Part shown: positions 28,817-40,756 of the stretch, in pieces
Layout of the letters: every line of letters begins with the position of its first letter
Position numbering within the stretch: the first letter of the stretch is position 1
Source: an uncultured Nitrospiraceae bacterium
Lineage (GTDB): Bacteria; Nitrospirota; Thermodesulfovibrionia; Thermodesulfovibrionales; Dissulfurispiraceae
NCBI GenBank assembly: GCA_963705105.1
Contig: CAVPIW010000012.1
Span: 64,001-128,000 of the forward strand
DNA length: 64,000 nucleotides
Reading direction: 5' to 3'
Translations under genes and position numbers: made by a program
Notes under the pieces: generated by a model
What the model was told of the DNA's origin: nothing
Seen by the model: the letters and a program-made list of their open reading frames with translations, nothing else
Database searches by the model: none

Positions 28817-29198
28817 GTTGCATGGAAAGGCGGGGCGAAACGCCTCAAAGCCTTGCTGAAGGCGACGATGCTCCTCGTCATCTTCGTGTTTTAGGATTCC
28901 ACTTTTTGTCATCGACCATTGGCTTATAGTTCATCTTTCGTTTTGATACAGGTGTCGCCGCAGCAAGGTTTTCGGCGCATACACCCCGCCTTTCCGGGAA
29001 GCGTATGCAACGATAAGGTAGACAGTGGGTGATAAACAGGAACCAGAGACAGAGGCATGACGGAAAGGCTTTGAACCATATCTGTCTTCCCGGAGACAGC
29101 GGTAGTGACACCGACACTGACACTGACACTCACACTGTCACTGTTTTTCAGAGCGCTTCGCCCCGCCTTTCCGGATGTCCTATTGCAATGATAAGGTC
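28817..29198. repeat. Two adjacent modular repeats (type A 28817-29019; hexamer-type 29020-29198)
   Basis: First matches 8489-8693; second is partly the reverse complement of 37290-37393. Confidence 0.9.
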
Positions 29199-29331
29199 TA
29201 CTGTATTCTGATCTTTGACCCGCAACCCGCAACTGCTGTCAACGGTGATCTGTATTCTGATCCGCAACCCGTTACCCGTAACCCGCACCCGCTGTCTTGC
29301 CAGTACTTCCGGCGAGATGGTAGTGTAATAG

Positions 29332-31886
<2,555 letters not shown>

Positions 31887-31890
<4 letters not shown>

Positions 31891-33395
31891 TGAGTGAACT
31901 GGTCATCAATGTGACCCATGAAGAGAGCAGGGTGGCCCTCCTCGAGGGCGGCCAGGTCGTCGAGCTCTACATCGAGCGCACGCGGGACGTCAGCCTCGTC
32001 GGAAATATTTACAAGGGCAGGGTCCTGAAGATCCTGCCGGGCATGCAATCGGCCTTTGTCGATGTCGGCCTCGAGAAGGCGGCTTTCCTCTACGTCGCCG
32101 ACATCATGAGCGAGATGGAGGAGTATTACTCGACGTTCCTCGAAAACGATACGGAGAAGGTCGAGATCTATCCGAAGTCGGAATACATGGGCAAGCCCCT
32201 GTCGATCGATGAGCTTATCCAGGAAGGGCAGGAGCTCCTCGTGCAGGTGTCGAAGGACCCCATCGGCACGAAGGGAGCGCGGGTCACATCCTATATAACT
32301 CTTCCGGGACGGTATATCGTCCTCATGCCGAACGTGGAGCACGTCGGCATTTCCCGCCGGATCGAGAATGAGGAGCGCCGGTCGAAGCTGAAGGCCGTTG
32401 CAGCGGAACTGAAACCGAAGGGTTTCGGGCTGATCATGAGAACGGCAAGCGAAGACGCGACGGTCGATGAGATCAGGAGGGACCTCGAATTCCTGCTGCT
32501 CCTCTGGGAGAACATCCACAAGAAACGGGAACGCGTGTCTGCTCCCTGCCTGCTTTACAGCGACCTCGATCTCGTCTTCCGGAGCGTGCGCGATTTCATG
32601 AGCCACGATGTGGAACGTCTCGTGATCGATTCCTCCGAGGAGTACGAAAGGGTCAAGGAATTTGGCAAGTCCTATTTCCCGAGGCTCGACAGCAGGATAG
32701 AGCTGTACGACGGCCGCGAGCCGATCTTCGATGCCTTCGGCATCGAGCTCGACATATCGAGGGCCCTGGGCAGACGGGTGTGGCTGAAGTCCGGGGGATA
32801 CATCGTCATTGACCAGACGGAGGCGATGACGGTCATCGACGTGAACACCGGCAAGTTCGTCGGCAACGAGAGCCTCGAAGACACGATTCTCAAGACGAAC
32901 CTCGAAGCGGTCAAGGAGATCGCCTACCAGATCAGGCTCAGAAATCTCGGGGGCATCATCATCATCGACTTCATCGACATGGAAAAGGCGGAAAACAGGG
33001 ACAAGGTCTGCAGCGCCTTTTTCGAAGCCATGAAGCGTGACAGGGCGAAAAACACGATCTACAACATCTCCGAGCTCGGCATCATCCAGATGACGAGGAA
33101 GCGTGTCCGCGAGAGTCTCGGCCGCGTGCTCTGCGAGCAGTGCCATTACTGCGAAGGAAAGGGATTCATCAAGTCCACCCGTACCGTCGCCTATGAGATC
33201 TTCAGGAAGCTCAAGAAGATGAACGTCAACCGCGGTTCCACGACCCTCGTCAAGGCCAATCCCGCCGTGGCCGAGCTCCTGTCCGACGAGGAGAGGCAGG
33301 GCATCGAGGAGATCGAGAACACCTTCGGCATCAAGCTCATCGTCAAGGAAGACATCGGTCTTCACCAGGAAAACTACGAAATCTCCGTGCTCTGA
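31887..33395 (+). CDS. rng: Ribonuclease G (Rne/Rng family)
   Basis: GNIYKGRV..LPGMQSAFVD, QVSKDPIGTKGAR, IDVNTG, IIIDFIDM, CxxC. Confidence 0.95.
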
Positions 33396-33412
33396 CCGGA
33401 CGGCGGCGAGGC

Positions 33413-34201
33413 ATGACGGCAAAGCGCGAACACCTTCTGTCCCTGCTCAGGGGGATGCAATCCGCTGTCGTTTCCTTTTCCGGGGGGGCGGACAGCACCC
33501 TTCTTCTTGCCTGTGCCGTGGAGTCCGGCATCCCCGTCCTGGCAGTCACCGCCGGCTCCGAGATCATGCCCTGCCGGGAGGTTGACGAAGCAATCGGGAC
33601 GGCCCGGCGCCTCGGTGTCTGTCATAGGATTATCCGGACAAATGAGCTCGACGATCCCGGCTTCGTGAGGAATGATAAGAACCGGTGTTATGTCTGCAAA
33701 GACAGGCGTTTCGGAGAGATGACGTCCATCGCAAGGAACGAGGGCTACAGTGCGGTCGTCGAGGGCAGTAACATCGATGACCGTTTGGCGTGGAGGCCGG
33801 GGATGAAGGCCGCTGCCGGCCACGGCGTCAGGAGCCCCCTTATCGAAGCGGGCCTGACGAAGGCCGAAATCAGGGAGCTGTCACGCGATATGGGCCTGCC
33901 GACATGGTCGAAACCTTCCTCTCCCTGTCTCGCGACGAGAATACCTTACGGGACGGCGATTACCCGCGATGCCCTCCTGAAGATCGCCGGCGCGGAAGAC
34001 GTCATCAGGTCTCTCGGTTTCCTCGAATTCAGGGTGAGGTGTCACGGCGATACGGCCCGCATCGAAGCAACGGGCGCCGATATCGGGCGTCTCCTCGATG
34101 GTGCGGTCAGGAGGGAAGTGACCTGTCGTCTCCGGGACCTCGGCTTTCGTTTCGTCACCGTCGATCTCGAGGAATTCAGGAGCGGTCGTTTCGATGAGTG
34201 A
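33413..34201 (+). CDS. larE: LarE-family ATP-dependent sulfur transferase
   Basis: SGGADS PP-loop, RCYVCK, RPGMKA, KPSSPCLATRIPYG. Confidence 0.88.
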   Translation: MTAKREHLLSLLRGMQSAVVSFSGGADSTLLLACAVESGIPVLAVTAGSEIMPCREVDEAIGTARRLGVCHRIIRTNELDDPGFVRNDKNRCYVCKDRRFGEMTSIARNEGYSAVVEGSNIDDRLAWRPGMKAAAGHGVRSPLIEAGLTKAEIRELSRDMGLPTWSKPSSPCLATRIPYGTAITRDALLKIAGAEDVIRSLGFLEFRVRCHGDTARIEATGADIGRLLDGAVRREVTCRLRDLGFRFVTVDLEEFRSGRFDE

Positions 34202-35471
34202 CAACGCAGCGGGCCTCCCTCCGAAAGTTGAAAATGATGAAAGGGATCTCTTCGGCCTCGAGTCCTGTGTCCGCTGCGGGAGCTGCAAGGCCCGGTGCCC
34301 GACCTATGAGGAGGACCCCCATGAGGGCATGAGCGCCCGCGGCAGGGCGGTGCTCCTCGACAGTTTCCTGAGGGGAGAAATCGGCGTCTCCGAAAAGCTC
34401 GACGGGAGGATTCAGAGCTGCATGCTCTGCGGGAACTGCAGCAGGATCTGCCCCCTCGGGATATCCGTACCCGATGCCGTTTACCACGCCAGGTTTATGC
34501 TCAGGAGCAGGACGAGAAAGAGACGTATGCTCAATCTCGGCGCCCGCCTGGCCGTGAAGAAGGCGAGGGAGGGATTTGTCGTTGCGAAATGGCTGAAGGC
34601 GGCAGGCGCGTTCCTGCCCCTGGAGCGGTTCGAGCCCTATCAGCTGATGAAGGACCTGGACCTGCACTTCCCGGACAGGGTGCTCCGCGAGGGGACATCG
34701 ATATTCAAGGTGTCCAGGTCCCGCGGGAGAGTCGCCGTTTTTGCGGGATGCACTGTCAACTACCTGTTTCCCTCGCTCGGCGCCGACCTCATCAGGAGTC
34801 TCAATGCCCTCCGGTTCGATGTCATTATGCCGAGGGGTGAAGCCTGCTGTGCGGCGCCGCTCCTCAGTCTCGGGCTCGTGGAAGATGCCGCGGCGATGGC
34901 AGAGAAGAACGTCAGACTCTACAGGGGGCTCAATACCGAGGCGGTGATCAGCCTCTGCCCGACCTGCACCCATTTCATAGGTCATGAATACGGACGGCTC
35001 ATCGGTGAAGGGATCGACAATATCCGGGAGGTGTCGCAGTTCTTCGCCGACCGGATGAAGGAGGGGGACTTCGGCGGGAAGGCGCCGCTCACTCCTCACC
35101 GGCAGGGGAAGAAGATCGTCTATCATGACCCCTGCCATGCCGTCAACTATTTCGGCGCCGGGGCCGAGCCGAGGGACATCCTGTCGTCCATGGGAATCTC
35201 GCTGACGGAGCCGAAAGACCGGGGATGCTGCGGTTTTGCGGGCACCTTCAGGGTGCTCCACGGCGATCTCTCGAAGGCCATTCTCGAACGGCGGATTGGT
35301 GATTATGCGGATGCAGACACGATCGTCACCTCATGCCCGAACTGCATGATCCAGTTCAGGAGCAGGATGAAGGACAAGGAGATCAAACATATCATAGAAT
35401 ACATCAGGTATGCCCTTCAGTTGCATGAAAAGGCGGGGCGAAACACTCTGATAAAGTGTGAGTGTCAGTGA
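34194..35471 (+). CDS. GlcF-like Fe-S oxidoreductase (2x4Fe-4S + CCG domains)
   Basis: CVRCGSCKARCP, CMLCGNCSRICP, YHDPCH, CCGFAG. Confidence 0.88.
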   Translation: MSDNAAGLPPKVENDERDLFGLESCVRCGSCKARCPTYEEDPHEGMSARGRAVLLDSFLRGEIGVSEKLDGRIQSCMLCGNCSRICPLGISVPDAVYHARFMLRSRTRKRRMLNLGARLAVKKAREGFVVAKWLKAAGAFLPLERFEPYQLMKDLDLHFPDRVLREGTSIFKVSRSRGRVAVFAGCTVNYLFPSLGADLIRSLNALRFDVIMPRGEACCAAPLLSLGLVEDAAAMAEKNVRLYRGLNTEAVISLCPTCTHFIGHEYGRLIGEGIDNIREVSQFFADRMKEGDFGGKAPLTPHRQGKKIVYHDPCHAVNYFGAGAEPRDILSSMGISLTEPKDRGCCGFAGTFRVLHGDLSKAILERRIGDYADADTIVTSCPNCMIQFRSRMKDKEIKHIIEYIRYALQLHEKAGRNTLIKCECQ

Positions 35472-35551
35472 CAGTGTGAGTGTCGGCAAAAAGGCTCATT
35501 TTTTCGGCGCATACGCCCCGCCGTTATGATGGGGCATTGCAGCAATAAAGT
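35420..35551 (+). repeat. Short modular repeat copy overlapping the 3' end of the GlcF-like gene
   Basis: GTTGCATGAAAAGGCGGGGCGAA + hexamer run + CGGCGCATACGCCCCGCC. Confidence 0.85.
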
Positions 35552-35572
35552 ATACTTTACCGGGAGGAAGAC

Positions 35573-36391
35573 ATGGATAAAGAGATGATACAGAAGGGGT
35601 CGGAAGAAGAGATTGGGGATGAAGGCGAGGAGCTCCCCGTTCACCTGGGAGGAAAACGCACCGTGAAGGCGGGCTGTTCCCGTTGCGGAGAGTGCTGTAC
35701 GTCGGGCACCCCGGTGCTGCTCAGGGATGACCTGCAGCTTTTCCGGTCCGGTGTTCTCTCCCACGAGACGGTGTATGCCGTCCGGGAAGGAGAGAGGCAG
35801 CGGTCGCCGCAGGACGGGGAATTTTATGAGTCTCCGCTGGAGCTTCTCAGAGTGAGGGAGCAAAAGGACACGAACGTCTGTACGTTCTTCGGCGGTGACG
35901 AAGGATGCGGCATCTACGAAACGCGTCCCCTTCAGTGCAGGAGGTTCGCCTGCTGGCGGCCCGGCGACGTGAAACCGGGCCTGCAGGAGGAGCGGCTGAG
36001 CCGGTCCGATCTCTTCGGTGACGTCGAGTTTCTCATGCAGGTCATGGCACGCCACGAAGAGAAGTGCTCGTACCGTAAGTTTGCCGATGCCATTGACCGG
36101 GCGGCGGGAGGCGATGATGCCGCGGCGGAAGAGGCTTTGGACGTTCTCCGGTATGATACGTACATGAGAGAGTATCTGAAAGAGAAGTTTTCCCTGTCCG
36201 ACAACGCCGTCGATCTCATCCTCGGCAGGGCGCTTACGGATACGGTCGTTGGTTTCGGGCTTCAGGTCAGCAGAGAGGGGGATGAGTACGTCGTGACTCC
36301 CCTGGAGAAAGCCAAGCCGGATTGTGAGACTGAGAAGACCTGTACTATTGAAATGGACTGCCACAACTGTCAGAAAGGGGAGGACGCATGA
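35573..36391 (+). CDS. YkgJ-family cysteine-cluster protein
   Basis: [12 protein letters not shown]...[14 protein letters not shown]. Confidence 0.85.
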   Translation: MDKEMIQKGSEEEIGDEGEELPVHLGGKRTVKAGCSRCGECCTSGTPVLLRDDLQLFRSGVLSHETVYAVREGERQRSPQDGEFYESPLELLRVREQKDTNVCTFFGGDEGCGIYETRPLQCRRFACWRPGDVKPGLQEERLSRSDLFGDVEFLMQVMARHEEKCSYRKFADAIDRAAGGDDAAAEEALDVLRYDTYMREYLKEKFSLSDNAVDLILGRALTDTVVGFGLQVSREGDEYVVTPLEKAKPDCETEKTCTIEMDCHNCQKGEDA

Positions 36392-37035
36392 AATTCTTCA
36401 TCGATACGGCAAACGTCGACGAGATCCGCAGGGCCTGGGACCTGGGAGTGATCGACGGAGTCACGACGAACCCCACGCTCATAGCGAGGGAAAAGGGGGA
36501 CCCGGCAGGGCTGCTGAAAGAGATCTGCAGCATCGTCGACGGGCCCGTCAGCGCCGAAGCGATAAGCCTGCAGACGAATGATATGGTGAGAGAGGCGGAG
36601 GTGCTGGCGGACATCCATGAGAATATCGTCGTCAAGATCCCGATGACGGAAGAGGGGCTCAAGGCCGTGAAGAGGCTGTCGTCAGCGGGCATCAGAACGA
36701 ACGTGACGCTCATATTTTCGTCCAGCCAGGCCCTGCTCGCCGCAAAGGCGGGTGCGACCTACGTGAGTCCCTTCGTGGGCAGGCTCGATGACATCAGTCA
36801 TCAGGGCATGGACGTCGTGGCGGACATCCAGGACATGTTCGAGAACTACATGTTCGACACCGAGGTCATCGTGGCAAGCATCCGCAATCCCCTCCACGTC
36901 ATCGAGGCGGCGAAGATCGGGGCCGATATCGCCACCATTCCGTACAGCGTGATCACCCAGCTCATCAGGCATCCCCTGACGGACATCGGAATCGAAAAGT
37001 TCCTGAAGGACTGGGAGAAGGTGAAGTCGCGGTGA
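36388..37035 (+). CDS. fsa: Transaldolase / fructose-6-phosphate aldolase family
   Basis: [32 protein letters not shown]. Confidence 0.93.
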   Translation: MKFFIDTANVDEIRRAWDLGVIDGVTTNPTLIAREKGDPAGLLKEICSIVDGPVSAEAISLQTNDMVREAEVLADIHENIVVKIPMTEEGLKAVKRLSSAGIRTNVTLIFSSSQALLAAKAGATYVSPFVGRLDDISHQGMDVVADIQDMFENYMFDTEVIVASIRNPLHVIEAAKIGADIATIPYSVITQLIRHPLTDIGIEKFLKDWEKVKSR

Positions 37036-37271
37036 GCGAAGAGTGGGAGGAGATCCGCCTGATCTATGATCCCCTTGAGGCTGAGATCATCAAGGATCTC
37101 CTGGAGAGCGGCGGCATACCCGTCGTCATCAGGTCGTCGAAGGTGAGCCCCTATCCCGTCAATGTGGGGAAGATGGGTGAGATCAGGATCCTCGTGCGGC
37201 GGGAAGACAGGGAGCTTGCCGAGGAGGTCATCGAGGGGATGGGCGGCGAAGATGAGAGCGAGACAGAGTAA
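37032..37271 (+). CDS. DUF2007 putative signal-transducing protein
   Basis: [15 protein letters not shown]...IRILV..D.ELAEEVI. Confidence 0.8.
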   Translation: MSEEWEEIRLIYDPLEAEIIKDLLESGGIPVVIRSSKVSPYPVNVGKMGEIRILVRREDRELAEEVIEGMGGEDESETE

Positions 37272-37278
37272 ACCTCGC

Positions 37279-37637
37279 AGTTGGAGGAAAAGTCGGGGCG
37301 AAGCGCTCTGAAAAACAGTGACAGTGTGAGTGTCAGTGTCAGTGTCACTACCGCTGCCGCCGGGGAAGGCAAATATGGTTCAAAGCCTTTCCAATGCGAT
37401 GATGAGACATCTCAAGGTGTTCAGCGCCTGTTGCCTGACGGGCTTGTGGTATCAGTAGACACGGCAGAGGGTGGTCCGGGGATGAATAAGGTATCTTAGC
37501 GGAAAGGCTTTTCACCACATCAGCCTTCCCGCCCGAATGTTCGTGGCCAGATTGCGACGAGCGACTGCTGACTGGTGACTCAATGACTCTACGGTGGCAT
37601 CTTCGCCCTGCTTTTCGCAGTGGCATTGCAACGATAG
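37279..37637 (+). repeat. Long modular repeat copy
   Basis: Family end modules plus a ~180 bp interior shared with 46314-46489. Confidence 0.85.
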
Positions 37638-37655
37638 TGCTGTAAGGAGGTGGCT

Positions 37656-38045
37656 ATGAGAAAGGTTGTTTTTCTGGTTCTGGCGCTTTTTTTCGTCGTG
37701 AGTTGTGCGACCGGGAAAGGAGCGCCGAGGATCGCCAAGGATGACGTGAAAGCGAAACTCGGCTCGGCTGATGTCGTGCTGATCGATGTCAGGAGCGATG
37801 CGGACTGGGACAAGAGCACCGAGAAGATCGTCGGCGCGAAGAGGGTCGATCCGAAAAACATCGACTCCTGGGTGGGCACGGTGCCGAAAGACAAGGAGAT
37901 CATCCTCTACTGCGCCTGACCGAACGAGGGAACAAGCGCCCGTGTGGCGCAGGAACTGATCGACAGGGGTTTCACGAAGGCGAAGGCACTCAAGGGCGGC
38001 TGGAAGGAATGGAAGGAAAGCGGCTACCCTGTGGAGCCGAAATAA
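37656..38045 (+). CDS. Rhodanese-like lipoprotein with in-frame UGA (predicted selenocysteine)
   Basis: AAGGAGG RBS, lipobox VVSC, LIDVR; YCA-TGA(37917)-PNEGTSARVAQELIDRGFTKAKALKGGWKEWKESGYPVEPK completes the rhodanese fold. Confidence 0.88.
37936..37950 (+). promoter_or_regulatory. Candidate bacterial SECIS hairpin
   Basis: GCGCC-CGTGT-GGCGC, 16 nt after the UGA. Confidence 0.65.
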
Positions 38046-38060
38046 TCGTTGTGATTACAT

Positions 38061-38091
38061 AAAAAAAGGCAGGGCGGGACCCTGCTTTTTC
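38061..38091. terminator. Intrinsic (bidirectional-type) terminator
   Basis: A-run, GCAGGG...CCCTGC stem, T-run. Confidence 0.8.
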
Positions 38092-38202
38092 TTATGTAGA
38101 AGCCGTGACCTCACTGGCAATGTTCGAGTCGCGACACCTTCCTGAAGGTCCGTGCTTTTCAAGAAACATAATCAAATGACAAGCCAGCAAAGGAGGAGCT
38201 CA

Positions 38203-38664
38203 ATGAAGACAGCAATTATATTGTTGATGACAATGATGATTCTGTTGACTTTCGGGTTTGCAGAGGCACAGACGGCTGTGACTTATCTTGGAGAATTTTG
38301 TGTCGTAGACAATTCAGCCTTGGGGCGTCCACCAGAGCCGCTGTTTAAAGTTGGAATATTGTACTACGGCGATAAACACCTTGCTTTAAACGGGGAATGG
38401 TTGGGTGGAATTCCTGAACCAGTATATGGTTCTGCAATGATCAGCGGCGATAATCTTGTAGCAACTGTGACCTCTTCGTTGGTGAGTGGCACATACGGTA
38501 CTTTTTACACAGTTAGTTATCTTGTAGTAAACCTTACTCCTCCAGATGGTTCAACGATGATGTTCTTCGGGACTATGACGTCTATGACTACTACCTTTCA
38601 GCCGATTCCTGCACAACAGACGACCGTTCAGAGACCGATATATATGGTTCCCTGTAATCTTTAG
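38203..38664 (+). CDS. Secreted hypothetical protein, putative integron cassette ORF
   Basis: AGGAGG RBS, signal peptide ending AEA, lower GC than flanks; abuts attC once the IS is removed. Confidence 0.75.
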   Translation: MKTAIILLMTMMILLTFGFAEAQTAVTYLGEFCVVDNSALGRPPEPLFKVGILYYGDKHLALNGEWLGGIPEPVYGSAMISGDNLVATVTSSLVSGTYGTFYTVSYLVVNLTPPDGSTMMFFGTMTSMTTTFQPIPAQQTTVQRPIYMVPCNL

Positions 38665-38665
38665 T

Positions 38666-40049
38666 TGACAAGGTTCAACACATCGTTTACTTATTTTAGG
38701 TTCAAGAGATCGTTTACTATCGCTCTTTGACAATGATGTAGCCACAGCCGATTTAATCATGAACATCTGTTTTGCGGAGGTGTTCATGAAGAAGACTCTC
38801 CTGAAGCAACGGGTATCGGCAGTACAGCGATACCTCAAAGGGGAAAGTCCCCAAAGTATCTGCTCTTCATTGAGAAAGACAAAGCCGTGGCTGTACAAAT
38901 GGATAGCTCGGTATATCCCAGATGATCCAACATGGTTTGAAGACCAGTCCCGGCGACCCCTTACAAGCCGATCCCGGACGCCTACGGAAATTGAAAAGAT
39001 CGTGGAGATGGTTCGGTTAAGCCTGTACAATAAGGGACTGTTTTGCGGCAAGCAGGCTATCCAATGGGAAATGATTGACATGGAGATTCAACCGCTCCCT
39101 TCCCTAAGCACGATCGGTCGTATCTTGCGCCGTCTCGAATTGACTCATCGACGGATCGGGAGATATGAGCCCAAGGGCAAGAAGTATCCCGAACTTCCGG
39201 CGCTTTTGCCCAATCAAACGCACCAAATTGTTCGTGGATGGTGCCTATTATCTACCGGCCCAATCAAGTTCTACAGCCTGCATGCCGTTGATGCCGCAAT
39301 CAACCGGTGTGGGATCGAGTCGATACCTTCCCGCGCGGCGCAAAGCGTTGTGGATGCTGTTTACGCAATTTGGCTGCGGATGGGAATCCCGGAGAATCTT
39401 CAAGTGGACAACGAATGGGCCTTCTTTGGAAGTCCGGTGCACCCGCGAGGCATGGGTGCGCTTATTCGCCTTTGCCTGCGTTACGGCGTCCACTGTGGTT
39501 CATCATTCGGAGCCATGGATATTCAGCCTTGTCGAGACGTTCAATGATCATTATGAGCAGAAGTGTGGCGCCAAGGTCAGGATTCCCTCAAGGACGCAGC
39601 TTCACCAAGAATCGCTTGCGTTCGAGCATAGGCACAACAGCACCTATCGCTATAGCAAGATTAAGGGGAAAACTCCTCTGAAAGCATTGGCTGACACAGA
39701 AAGGAAATTAATCTTCCCAAGCAAGAGCGATACCCGGAGACATCCCTTGGATAAGCCGGAAGAGGGATACTACCACTTCGTGCGATTCATTCGAGGCAAC
39801 TGCCGGCTAAACATCTTCGGCGAAATGTTTCTTACTCCCCCGGAGACCCAGTACGAATACGCTGTGGCTACTGTCGATGTCAAAGATCAAAAGCTGAAGC
39901 TCTTCCTGGACAGGACCCAGGTCGAAGAATACAAATATCAGCTGCGATAATTGTTGATACCGGTCACGGCATCGTGAAGCATATCGACTCTAAATGAGTA
40001 AACGATGTCGTGACCCTTTCTTGAGTAAACGATGTCCTGAACTTTATCA
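38666..40049 (+). mobile_element. IS481-like element with frameshifted transposase
   Basis: Imperfect IRs TGACAAGGTTCAACACATCGTTTACT / AGTAAACGATGTCCTGAACTTTATCA; 6-bp TSD TTTAGT (38660-38665, 40050-40055); HTH + rve core (QVDNE) split over ORFs 38759-39547 and 39165-39950. Confidence 0.88.
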
Positions 40050-40066
40050 TTTAGTGAATAAGAAAC

Positions 40067-40131
40067 GCAGAACCGGCCGCTCAAGCCGATCGCAGCCCGC
40101 TGGGCTGCTCTGGCTTAGCTTTTCGTTGGGC
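40067..40131 (+). other. attC site 1
   Basis: GCAGAAC...GCT(C)AAGCC...GCAGCCC-GCT-GGGCTGC...GGCTTAGC...GTTGGGC. Confidence 0.8.
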
Positions 40132-40153
40132 GTCAAAAGACAGGGATAGATGA

Positions 40154-40351
40154 ATGCCACAAAAGATCAGAGATCTCATTGCCGACTTGGAAAGAGCTGG
40201 ATTTGTGAATCGCGGGGGCAAAGGAAACCACAGGAATTATGTTCACCCTATGGTGATCAGGCCCGTGACGGTATCTGGCAATCTTGGTGATGATGCCAAA
40301 CAATACCAGATCAGGTCAGTTCGATTGGCACTACAGGAGGCAAAGAAATGA
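40154..40351 (+). CDS. hicA: HicA-family toxin
   Basis: LERAGF..RGGKGNHRNYVHP, 65 aa. Confidence 0.85.
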   Translation: MPQKIRDLIADLERAGFVNRGGKGNHRNYVHPMVIRPVTVSGNLGDDAKQYQIRSVRLALQEAKK

Positions 40352-40587
40352 AGGATAGCGCACGATACGCCAAAATAGTTGAATGGTCTGAGGAGGATCA
40401 ATGTTACGTCGGCAGTGCTCCTGGCTTAATCTATGGCGGGTGCCACGGCAACGATGAGAAAGAGGTCTTCGATCATCTTTGCCTCATAGTCGAAGAGGCC
40501 ATTGCACTATATAAAGCCGATGGCAAGGAACTACCTCCATCTACATCAGGCCGCGATTTCGCCAATAAGATGTTGCAAGTCGCATAA
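40348..40587 (+). CDS. hicB: HicB-family antitoxin (short)
   Basis: VEWSEEDQCYVGSAPGL..GGCHG; ATGA overlap with hicA. Confidence 0.85.
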   Translation: MKDSARYAKIVEWSEEDQCYVGSAPGLIYGGCHGNDEKEVFDHLCLIVEEAIALYKADGKELPPSTSGRDFANKMLQVA

Positions 40588-40653
40588 CCATTGCCTGCAC
40601 ACGGATGACCGTCAGCCGTCTACTTCGGGCCACCGGTGAGGCAGACGTTGGGC
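40582..40653 (+). other. attC site 2
   Basis: GCATAAC containing the hicB stop...GCCT(G)CAC...GTGAGGC...GTTGGGC. Confidence 0.82.
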
Positions 40654-40756
40654 GTCATCACCGCGAATGACAGACTCCGTCCCGTTCCTGTGATTGCATG
40701 AAGTGATAGTTTTGATTCGTGCCACTCTGATGGGAAGTGAATGAAACCAACCTCAA

